NCBI GenBank assembly: GCA_051294375.1
Contig: CM119268.1
Span: 4,537,454 to 4,601,453 of the forward strand
Length of the DNA stretch: 64,000 bases
Direction of reading: 5' to 3'
DNA from: Paraspadella gotoi
Lineage: Eukaryota > Animalia > Chaetognatha
The notes under the pieces are model-generated. The model was not told the origin of the DNA. It did no database searches and saw only the letters and a program-made list of their open reading frames with translations. Made by a program: the position numbers and the translations under genes. Below are positions 38,412 through 48,764 of the stretch, one piece after another (position 1 is the first letter of the stretch; the number at the start of each line of letters is the position of its first letter).

Positions 38412-40281
38412 TGTATCGTCAAAGACGAATTCGAAGTGATGTCCGCGGTTAGCTGCGGCGTCTTCGTCGTCATAGGTGGCGGCTGCGATGGCGGCGCTGT
38501 CGGCTGAACGGAGGCGGCAGTCGGCGGCGCGCAGTTGCCGGATTGACTGACGCCGGAATCGTCGGCTTTTGCGCCGGCGACCTCGAGCTCTACGTTTGTT
38601 TCTTCGCCAGTCAAAGGTTTTTCTAAAAAAAATAAAAAAGAAAACAGTTAAGCCGTTGCATTCTTCCCTTTCATTTGCATATTGGAGTAAATTAGTTTTA
38701 TTCCATTTTAATATTGCTGTAAATTTGTTTAATAAATTTCATTTTCGTCTTGCAGTAAATTTATTTCATTTCGTTTTGATTTATTTTCATATCGCGGTAT
38801 AATTGAATAATAATATTTGTTTTTTTATAAAAAAACCGTCGACACAAACAAAACAACAATTCCCAAACTCCCAATCGCCGCAGAAAAGAACATTCCTCCG
38901 TTTCTCTCGGCCAGAAACGGAAACCCCCCACTCCACCCCAACAGAGGCTCGAAAATTATAAGCACCACCTGCAAAATTCCCCTAACTCCTTCATCGCCTG
39001 CCAATCAAGTATACACAGAGGCCTCGATTATAAAAGCACCAACCCGAATTCTAACCCTCATTCGCCCTCAAAATCAAGTAACACGAGGTCGAATTATAGC
39101 ACCACCCGCAAAATCTAACTCTCATTCGCCCAAATCAAGTAACACAGAAGGCTGGAAGATAAGCACCACGCAAAATCCCAACTCCAATTCGCCGCTGCAA
39201 AAGTTACACAGACTCGATTAATAAGCACTGCAAATTCGTCATTCCTCGATTCGGCCAATCAGTATAACCACAGAGTCGAATATAAGCGACCACCCTGAAA
39301 AATTCCTAACTCCCTCCGCCCTGCCAATCAAGTATACACAGAAGCCGAAATTAGCGACACACCTGAAATGTCGCTATTATTACGCCTGCCAAATCAAGTA
39401 TCACAGAGGCTCGAGATTAATTAACACCCTTGCAGTTCTGATCTCATCGCCTGCCAATCAATATACACAAGAGGGATATCACACTGCATTCCCTAACTCC
39501 TCATTCGGCTGCAATCAATATACAACAGAGGCTCGAGATATAAGCACCAGCGGCTGCAAGTAACTCCCTCACTCGCCCTGCCAATCAATGTTACACAGAG
39601 GCTCGAATTAATAAGCAGCTATCTGGCAAATTCCTAATCCTCATCGCCCTGACATCGTTTCAGCACACTGCAAATCTACTCCTATTCGCCACTCCAATAA
39701 GTTACACGAGACTCGAATGATAACAACCTGCAAAGTTCCTAACTCATTGTCCCCTGCCAAATCAAGTATACTACAGGTACGAATTAATAGAAACAATTGC
39801 AATCCTAACCATCGCCTGCAACAAGTATCAGAGGATTTAACACACCTGCAAATTCTACTCCTCTCGCTGCAATAAGTTACAAAGGGGCTGAAATAAAGCC
39901 CACCTGCAAACTCCCAATTCGCGCAGTCATCACGGGGCGCCGCTTCCAACATAGCATGACTACAAGACTTATCTTTACGAGTCAGGCATAGTCGACCGTG
40001 GGGGAAATGCGGGAGGGGAGGAAGAGAGGGGGAGCGGGGAAAAGGGAGAGAATACGAGGATGGGAGGGAGGCAGAGGAAAGAAATAGAGGATAGGGAAAG
40101 AAGGGAAAAGAAGTGGAAGGGCGAAGAAGAGAAAGGAGTAATGCAGCGGAGGCAGACGGGAGTGAAAGAGGAACAGAGATGGAAAAAAAAGGGAAAGTTA
40201 AAGTGAATAAAAGGAAAGGAGGGAGAAGACGGAGATTCAACGAAGGAAAATAAAAACTGTGTCAACGGGTAAAGAGAGGAG

Positions 40282-40317
<36 letters not shown>

Positions 40318-43300
40318 TAAGGAGAGAGAGAGGAAGAGAGAGAGAGACCTCCGCCACCCCTGGCCCCGGACCTCAAGGAAAGATCACTCACCATGCGCCC
40401 GCCAAAGTTAGGGTGTTGCGCTCTATTTGTATTTTAATGATACCATTTTACCAAATATAAATATGCAGACTTATGCATTTTTTGGTTCGTCACCCTTATA
40501 CGCAAGTATTGAATAGAAATGAATTTAAAAAAAAATACTCATATATAACTTTTAATTCGTAGTAGCCACAGACCGAGACGGAAAGAGGAGTATTACGGGT
40601 TAACACCAGCGAGGATAGATGTATCTCGGAAACTGACGAACGGGATCAAGGAGGCGCTTTGAGCTTCGGCCAAGTTTTCGGCGGAATGAGTGTTAAAGCA
40701 AGGTGAATGAAGAAGAAGATCCATGAGTAATTTTCGGAAATAATCAAAATTATTTTTTATACCATTTTTATTTAAGCTTATATAATATATGTATTTTTTC
40801 TCTTGTTTTTCTTAATATGAAACTTTACGATTCACGATCCCAAAAACAAAAAAGCGCAAATAGGGAATCGTAGTTCGCTTCTTTGTTTCCGTCGTTAAAA
40901 AAAAAAACATTTGAAGCAGATAACGTAAAGCGGTGACTTCAATTTCTTCTTGACGTCATTAGAATGTTTTTATTTGAATATTTTAGGATTTATCGTTTTA
41001 TCAAATTTCATGGATATCCTTTGTGGTTAAATGAGATATTATAACTAGTTTATTGTTGCTGAAACTTAAAGTCTTTAAAAATCCGATCCTAAGCTCAAAC
41101 AACAACAACAACAACTTAACCTTCTCAGCCTATTTGATCTTCGAGAGCGAATCCCACGTCCCGAACATTTCTCAGAAATGAAACGAGTCAATCGGCCGAT
41201 CTGTGCGAGGACGACGACAAAGTACGGACATACGGACCGATCCATCGCCTCACCTCCAACATCTTCGCTCCTCTTCTTCTTCAAATTTCTCAATTTCAAT
41301 TCCGCCAAAAAATCTGTCGTCGTCGTCGTCGTCGTCGTCGTTTTCGTCGGCGTTGCCTTCAGACCCGCGGCGCCGCGATTCTTCAACTCGTCAAGAAAGT
41401 TTCCGGCTCGACCGGCGCTCTTTTCCGGCGCCGGAATGGAATTAGACGCGTCGGCGGATTTTAATTTCGCCGCCGAGAGCGCCGCTGCGAGAGAACCTGA
41501 CCCGGGGGCGTGGCCGGGCGGTGGAGGGGCGGAAGGAGCTGGAGGTGGCGGTGGCGGCGGCGGTGGCGGCGGTGGCGGCGGTGGAGGAGGAGCGGACGGG
41601 GGTGGAGGTGGAGGAGGAGGAGCAGAAAAAGGAGGAAGTGTCGTCGGTGCCATTGAGGGTGCCATCGGTGGCGCTATAGACAATTCCATCATCGGTGCCG
41701 CCATAGGCGCCATTGGCGCTGCCATCATGGACGCAATCGGCGGCGCCATTGATGTTGCCATTTGCTGCGTCATATGAGGCGGCAACGGTGGCACCGGCGC
41801 CATTGGTCCTCGCTTCATCGATGCCATCGTTGCATGATGCAATGTTCCATAAAGATTTTCTCCTTGACGAGGAGACTGATAGTACAATTTCGAGGCCATT
41901 GCGGAGCCTTGGTCAGAATTCGCGCGCTCGTGGTGCGCTACAACTCGATGATAGCCCGAATTTGTCTGACCGTGGTACGAATTTGTGCGCTCGTGGTGCG
42001 CCAGCGTGCGTTCATGGCGTGGATTTCCATAAGTGTCGTAATTGTGAGGGGAGTTGGCTGAATAACCGAAGCCGTGAGCCGATTCGATTCCGTGCGAGGA
42101 ATACTGATTGTACGTCTGTTCAAAGGAACTCGAATGACTTCTATTCTCTGGTTCAATTTCACGACGTTGATTTAGGATCTGGGATACCGATTCGTACGTA
42201 TGGTCCAATGAGCCGGTACTGCCATAATGATTTTCTTTTCCATGTGTCGCGGTCAAAGAAATCCGTAAAGAGGGTCTCTCCTGCGATCCCGGACGCGTTT
42301 ACGCATGCTCGAGAGAACCCGAGCTTCCGTATTGATCCCGAGACAAGGCTCCTTGACTCTGGTCAAAATACGCAGAACGATCATAATTCTGCGTTTGAGA
42401 ATAATCTACGCCTTGGTTTCGATCAAAGGAACCAAAATGACCGGAGGTTTGAGCTAATGATCCTGAGCTCCCGTAATGATCCATCGAGCTCAAACCTTTG
42501 TTGCGTTCAAATGACCCCGAATGATCGTAACAGCGGTCAAGGTGACTGGAGTTCACAAAGTGATCCCTCGATTCTTGATTGCTATCCAAGGAGCCGCATT
42601 GGCCAATGTCGCGCCTTTTTGACATTCGATCGAGCGATCCCGAACGCACTTCGCCGTCCAGCGATCGAAAATGGGCGTGGCCATGCGCGGAAATCCGAGG
42701 CGCTGGAGGAGGAGGGTTTCGCGGAGGCGTCCGTGGAATGTCCCGTCGATGAAAGGAAGACGAAGGATGTAGTCGAGCGGGAATCGCGCCTTGCATCTCG
42801 TTACATCCGGGGGATGATATCGCCTCTTGGAAACGATCGTCGCCGACGGCTTGAAAGGATCCCGATTCGGGATCTTCTCGCGCCCTCTGAAGCATCCGGC
42901 CTTTGGGTGACAACCCAGAGGGTCTGTCTCGACCCCGAGACGATGATGGGTCGGGTTTCCTCATCGACGACCCACTCTCCTCTCTCCCTCTCCGCATCAA
43001 GTTCTCGCACATCTCCACTTGACGCAACAACATCGTCTTCAATACCATCTGCTCTCTCTCCAACTCTTCCTCGTTGGCGCCGGGGACGTACTTGAAGATC
43101 CTTTCTAGCGCCGACTCCAGGGTCGGCGCCGCGTCGGGAAGCGGCGGCGGGGGCGGCGGCGTCGACAGCGTTGCCAGCTCCGTCAACGCAGCCTCCAATC
43201 CATCGCCGAACCGACGCGCTTCGGATTCGTCGGCAAAGTTGAAGCCGAACGTCGATTTTGGATCCGATTCGAGGCTGGAGAGAAATTGGGGAAGAGAAAT

Positions 43301-45516
43301 TGAAAATACTATATTAAAAAAAATAATTTACTAATTTAATGTTTATAATTAGAAATTTTTAGTTTTATTTTTTATTTCTTTTTTTGTTAGTCTTCAAAAT
43401 CTTAAAAACAATTCTATGTTACTAAAAATGGTTCTGATGCTTGGTTCAAGTCTCTGGGAAAACTTCGTCAAAAATAAAGTCGTTTAAAAACTAATTAAAA
43501 AGATTTGAAGTTGTTAAAATCAGAAACAAATCAAATGCGTTCGATTTGCTCAATTATATCACCATTTTTTTTTTTATTTTTAGCAGTCATTCAACGATAA
43601 CTATATTTCCACTATTAATAATTCTCAAAACTCACATTCCCGGATCGAATCCCCAGCCTTCCGTGGATCGACCGACCACTTTGAGAATCCCGAAAGTCGC
43701 CGATCGACGATCGTATTCGGCGTCGGCGGAAATCCGGAGCCGGAAAGTCTCGGCGTCGTCTTTGGCGGAGCGAGCGACGATGAAAAAGGAGCCGGAATTG
43801 TCGTTGTTGTTGTTGCGATTGTCGAGGAGGTAAATCCTGAATGAACAAAAGAGCAATGGACTATTAATAGTATGTTTAAATTAACTGAAGTTTTTTTTTA
43901 CAAATGAAGAACCTAACTTAGGTAAGTATTTATAAATCTAACCTCGAAAGGCCACCGATCTCCTTCCATCCGCGTTGCTGGCGATTAAAGCTAAGAACGA
44001 CCCCTCTGGCTCGGACGACGACCCGAGCGGCACGACCGCCCTCTACCGCATCCGGGGATCCTTTCGGCCGCGGACGAGGGCTTCGAAAAGGCGGAGGTCG
44101 CCGCCGTTGGCTGGCGGCGTTCTTGCCGGATTTGGGCGCCGCCGCCGGGGGCGCTCTGCCGGCGTCCCCGGCGGAAATCGGCGAAGACATGTAACCGGCG
44201 GGGATCGCGGGGACCGGAAACCAAGATTGAGACGATGGAGGGGAACAGACCGGGGAAGATACCGGGGAATAGACCGGGGAACATGGGAGATTCCCCGCCG
44301 GGTGTAGGAATGGTTGATCTGCGGAGGGGAAAAAAAATTAAAAATGGAATGAAGACTAAAGAATCCGTGGGGGGAAAAAACTGACTGAGAATTAATGACA
44401 AAAAAATGATGGATGATAATGAGAGAATCACTGAAAAATGGGAGACTTTGGCCCCCGAAGGTTTTGTGAATTAATTAATCTGAAATGACACGAAGTCTTT
44501 AAAGAAAATTTGGATTCACCGATAGGACTTTTTGAAAACTTAAAAAATGAAAACGACCAAATGAACAACAACAAAAAAAAGAAAGCAAAAAAAGAAAAAA
44601 AAAACAACAAAAAAACAACAACTGAGATAATTGACAAAAATGAGGTTAAAACTTGAGTCTTCGATGGGAAAAATCTGCGGGAAAAATCGTCAAAGTTGAT
44701 GAACCGAACTGAAAAAAAAAAAAGAAACGAAAAATGAAACGTGACCGCGATTAACAACAAAAAAAGGGGTTAATCCCTGATCGAGAGTCAAAAAAAGGCT
44801 TTTCTTTTCAGTTCTTTAGGCTTTGTTGGTTTATTTAAATTTTAAATATATAATTATTAGTCAAAGAACATTTTTTAAATGCTTTTTAGACGATATATTG
44901 TTATATTGAGTTTCTTAAAAGCTGTTGGGCGTGCCTAGAAATGAGTCATAAATTAGTTTATTATTAACAGTAGTTCAAGATTTTTTTTTATTTGTATTTT
45001 TATTTCCTTCACGTCAAAGACCAAAAAAAAAACCGTTAACTTTTTTTTTTGGGGGGGGGAGGTGTAGCGGGCTTAAAAATAGAATATGGTATCGTATTTC
45101 TCCCCCATATAGTATTATAATTGCGACGACTTTTAACTCTTTTCGGTTAAAAGTACAACTGCACCGACTAGAAAAATCACAACAACAACAAAATCGAGTA
45201 ATATTGAAAAATCTAATCTAATCTAATCTAATCTAATTATTCTAATTAATCTCATTAATTTCAATGATCTCGTTATTTTCGTTAAATCTAATTGATCTCA
45301 TAAATATCATTTATTCGCATTAATCACAATAATCACGTGAATAAGATTAATCTCATTAATCTCATTAATCTCATTAAACCTCTATTTACTCGAAAGGGGA
45401 TTTTTATCATTTTCTCCGCCGACTTCTCCGCCTCTCGTCTCCAAAGCGCGAAGCACGACGTTGCCAGAGGTCGAGGCCGTGAGTGGCAGCGAGGGACGCC
45501 CTGTGGGGGACGCCAT
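38354..45516 (-). CDS. Divergent Ena/VASP-like actin regulator (EVH1/WH1 domain, polyproline, GAB/WH2-like motifs), ~997 aa
   Basis: Exons 45516-45390, 44318-43943, 43836-43636, 43274-41254, 38622-38354; all GT-AG, phases consistent, total 2994 nt. EVH1 reads VVVRARGVVLSFNRQQRGWKEIGGLSRIYLLD...FFIVARSAKD...EYDRRSATF...STFGFNFADESEARRFGDGLEAALTEL (cf. Ena SICQARAAVMVYDDANKKW...GFSRVHIY...VYGLNFGSKEDANVFASAMMHALEVL). GSLAAALSAAKLKSA resembles the GAB motif GLAAAIAGAKLRKV. One in-frame TAA at 42299-42301 in a noisy stretch. Confidence 0.8.
38940..39915. repeat. Intronic ~65-70-bp minisatellite, ~15 noisy copies
   Basis: Approximate unit aatcaagtatacacagaggctcgaattataagcaccacctgcaaattcctaactcctcatcgccctgcc; no unique spacers. 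Confidence 0.85.
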
Positions 45517-45519
45517 CGT

Positions 45520-46004
45520 TTGATTGATTGATTGATTGATTGATTGAATTGATGGTGGAATGCGTGATGTGAGTGAGTTGAGTGAGTGAGTGGAGGTGAG
45601 TGAGTGAGTGGAGTGAGTGAGTGAGTGAGTGAGTGAGTGATTGATTGATTTAATCATTTGATTGATTTGATTGATTTTTATTTATTTGAGTGGTGAGTGA
45701 GTGAGTGAGTGAGTGAGTGAGTGAAGTGAGTTGAGTGAGTGGAAGTGGTGAGTGAGTGAGTGAGTGGATTGATTTAATTGAATTGAGGTGATGAAGTGAG
45801 GTGAAGTGAGTGAGTGAGTGAGTGAGTGAGTGAGTGAGTGGAGTGAGTGAGTGAGTGATTAATCATTTGATTGATTTTGATTTAATTTTATTGATTGAGT
45901 TGAGTGAGTGAGTGATGGGATGAGTGAGTGAGTGAGTTGAGTGAGTGAGTGAGTGAGTGAGTTGATGATTGAGATTGATTGATTGATTATTTATATTTGG
46001 ATAT

Positions 46005-46035
<31 letters not shown>

Positions 46036-46112
46036 TTATTTATTTATTTATTTTATTTTATTTTTTTATTTATATAATTAATGATTATATTGCTGATTGA
46101 TTGATTGATGAT
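45520..46112. repeat. Compound (GATT)n/(GAGT)n/(TTTA)n microsatellite block upstream of the first coding exon of the Ena/VASP-like gene
   Basis: Tetranucleotide runs; a strong donor (gga|gtgagt) at 46141/46140 suggests this block lies in an intron after an upstream exon. Confidence 0.85.
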
Positions 46113-46359
46113 TTTAACGGTTGATTGACTCTTGACTCACTCCCTCAGCGTCACCGGCGCTTCGCCATTTCGTCACAGCTCCTCCCTCTTCTGTGGAAAG
46201 AACGAAAGGGAGGAGGAGGAGGAGAGAAGGGAAAGAAGAGGGATGACGAGACGAGGAGGGAGGACGAGAGGAGGAGGAACGAGGAGGAGGAAGAGGTTCG
46301 GAGAGATTCTCCACGGATCCGTGATGCGTGAAAGTTCATCGGATTTTTTCGGATGGCGA

Positions 46360-46550
46360 CTTTCGATTGGCGGAGGAAAGAAGGCGTATTGCTCTTCGCT
46401 CATTGGAACCGAGAAAAATAGGCGCGCCGTCATTGGTCGAAAGAAGATGAGGAGTAATTCGCGAGCGGCGATTGGCTGAGATGGATACGGAAGCCACGCC
46501 ATTGGGTCGAACCGACGACTTCCGGGGTAAAAAAAAAAAAGCCACGCCCA
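46360..46550 (-). promoter_or_regulatory. Putative promoter of the Ena/VASP-like gene: five CCAAT boxes, ETS site, two KLF/SP-like sites
   Basis: attgg at 46366, 46402, 46432, 46471, 46501; acttccgg ~46518; gccacgccc ~46541 and gccacgcc ~46493; directly upstream of a candidate exon ending at 46141. Confidence 0.6.
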
Positions 46551-47597
46551 GAAATGGAGGACGGCTGAAGAGAAGGAAAGAGAGGGGGGCTAGTGAAGTT
46601 GAGGGAGGGAAGATAGGGAGGGGGCAGAAAGGTAAGAGAGAGAGAGAAGNNNNNNNNNNNNNNNNNNNNNNNNNNNNNNNNNNNNNNNNNNNNNNNNNNN
46701 NNNNNNNNNNNNNNNNNNNNNNNNNNNNNNNNATAATTAGCTTTAAATTTTAATGTCGAATTAAATTTACGCTAGTTATGTTTCATTTTATTTATTTTTT
46801 TTAAATATTCATTTAACAATGTACGTATTAGTAAAGACTTTGCTGTGGGAGAAAAATAGACGAAACAAATTAATCAAAATAAAATAAAATAAATCCAAAA
46901 ACAGAAAACATTTAAAAAAAATCACCGTCCTGGCGAGAGAAATCTATCGCGTGACAAATCCACCATCGACAATTGAAAAACTCACTCAGCGTGTTGAGAG
47001 GGAGAAGAGTAGAGAAGAGAGAGAGGGATGAGACAAGGAGCAGGGGAGAGAGAGAGATGAGATGAGAGAGGGGAGCGGAGGAGAGAGACGAGAGAGAGAG
47101 AGAGACGGATGCAGAGAGAGAGAGAGAGAGAGAGAGAAGTATTAAGTGTCGATATTTACGAAAGGTTGTCGAGTCATTATTTATCCGTTTATCCGTTGAT
47201 CCGATTTTTTAGATCAAAAATCGATTTTAGATAAAAAGAATTTCCTTGTGTTGTGACCTTTTTATTTGGAATCGAGGTACAGTCGCACAATGAATAACAT
47301 TGTGGTACAATAAGTATACGTACACATTTTCCAGAGTGCAGTGTTATCATTTTATACAAGAAATTAGACCATGATTCCCGTATTACAATTATTAGATCCG
47401 AGAATCTTGAGTTGAGTTTTAAAAAACAAAATTAACCAGTCATAACATAACTGTACTAATTATTTGAGGGAATTTACTCATTTCAAAAATGTTTCCGTTT
47501 TGAGAGAAAAAAAATCAAATGCGGGTTTTAATGTTTGCCGTTTATTATCGGTGATCAAATTATGTCATTGTTTATTTTTCTGACGTAGGCGGTTGGC

Positions 47598-47630
<33 letters not shown>

Positions 47631-47992
47631 AGGAGAGGAAGAGACGAGACGAGAGGAGAGAGAGAGATATATATAATATATATAGAGAGAGAGATATATA
47701 GAGGAGAGAGATATAGAGAGAAGAATGAGGCGAGAGCGAGAGAGAGACAGAGAGAATATATGACTACCTTACTAACTAACAAACTCACATTTTTTTTTAA
47801 AATAGTTACTTTATTCTTCATTCATTAAATTTTAATTCATAAATGAAAAGATTCCATCGTTCAAAATTTTGTTCATTTGTTTTTATCTTAATTGATATTC
47901 CTTCTCGTCATCGTCGTCGTCTTCGGAATCAGACCGGGATGGGATGCGACTGAGGGTAAGGGACGAGAGGGGCGATGACAGCGGGGAAGTTC

Positions 47993-48260
47993 GGGGCGCT
48001 ATTTTCCAAAAGCGCCACATTTCTGAACTCGATTTTAACTCTCTAATTCTAAATCTTTAACCAAATCCCTAACCTTAATTTTTTTAAATCATAATCCGTA
48101 AACCCTAATCTTTAACCTTATATTCTAATCCTATTCCTTAATCCCTAACCCAATCTTTAATCTAATCCCTAATGTTATACTATGACCTAATTCTCATCTC
48201 CCACTCGTAACCTCATATTTAAAGATAATAGAAACTGGGCGTTTTTGAAAACTGTGGCCA
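47993..48260. mobile_element. MITE-like element with TIRs and telomere-like interior (same family as 35291 and 52661)
   Basis: Left ggcgctattttccaaaagcgccacatttct vs right agaaactgggcgtttttgaaaactgtggcc; interior ccctaacc/cctaatc. Confidence 0.6.
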
Positions 48261-48397
48261 AGGCGGATTAAACTCACTTAAGATTTTCGTTGCTTTTCGC
48301 CAGTTTTGTCTTTTCTTTTCCTTAAAAATAAAATATCAAAATAAATTATTATTAATTATAAAATTATTGTGATTAAACTTTCTTTCGTTGTGTTTTA

Positions 48398-48612
48398 GAT
48401 AATTGAAATTAAAGACAAATTCTTGATACAGCAACGATTTTATTTTATTGTACAGACAAGTTTCGGCTTTCATTCAAGCCTTCATCAGTGCTTTTGACAA
48501 TTCACAATTTTCATGTTTTCCAAATTGACTTTGGAAGAGAAAGAGAAACTTGTCTGTACAATAAAATAAAATCGTTGCTGTATCAAGACTTTGACTTCAA
48601 TTTAAATTATAA
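48398..48612. mobile_element. Penelope-like pseudo-LTR remnant as an inverted repeat
   Basis: tcttgatacagcaacgattttattttattgtacagacaagtttc (48421-48464) is the exact reverse complement of gaaacttgtctgtacaataaaataaaatcgttgctgtatcaaga (48545-48588); hammerhead core followed by AATAAA. Confidence 0.65.
48451..48492 (-). ncRNA. Minimal type I hammerhead ribozyme motif
   Basis: Minus strand gca-CUGAUGA-a-ggcuu(gaauga)aagcc-GAAA-c-uu-g-UC-ugu: conserved core, 5-bp stem II, minimal stem III, short stem I. Confidence 0.7.
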
Positions 48613-48720
48613 AATTATTATAAATTTAACGTAAGTTGCCTTTTTCATTTAATGAGCAAGTTCGATTTTATCATAGAATCATGGAAGATCGCCTTAAAGG
48701 AAAATCATTTTAAAACCCCC

Positions 48721-48764
<44 letters not shown>

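Noticed and set aside
38940-39915. Possible CRISPR-like array
   Set aside because: Units are head-to-tail with no unique spacers, there are no cas genes, and the context is a eukaryotic intron.
41713-43095. 460-aa plus-strand ORF
   Set aside because: Antisense to the large exon of the Ena/VASP-like gene; GC-rich shadow with no motif support.
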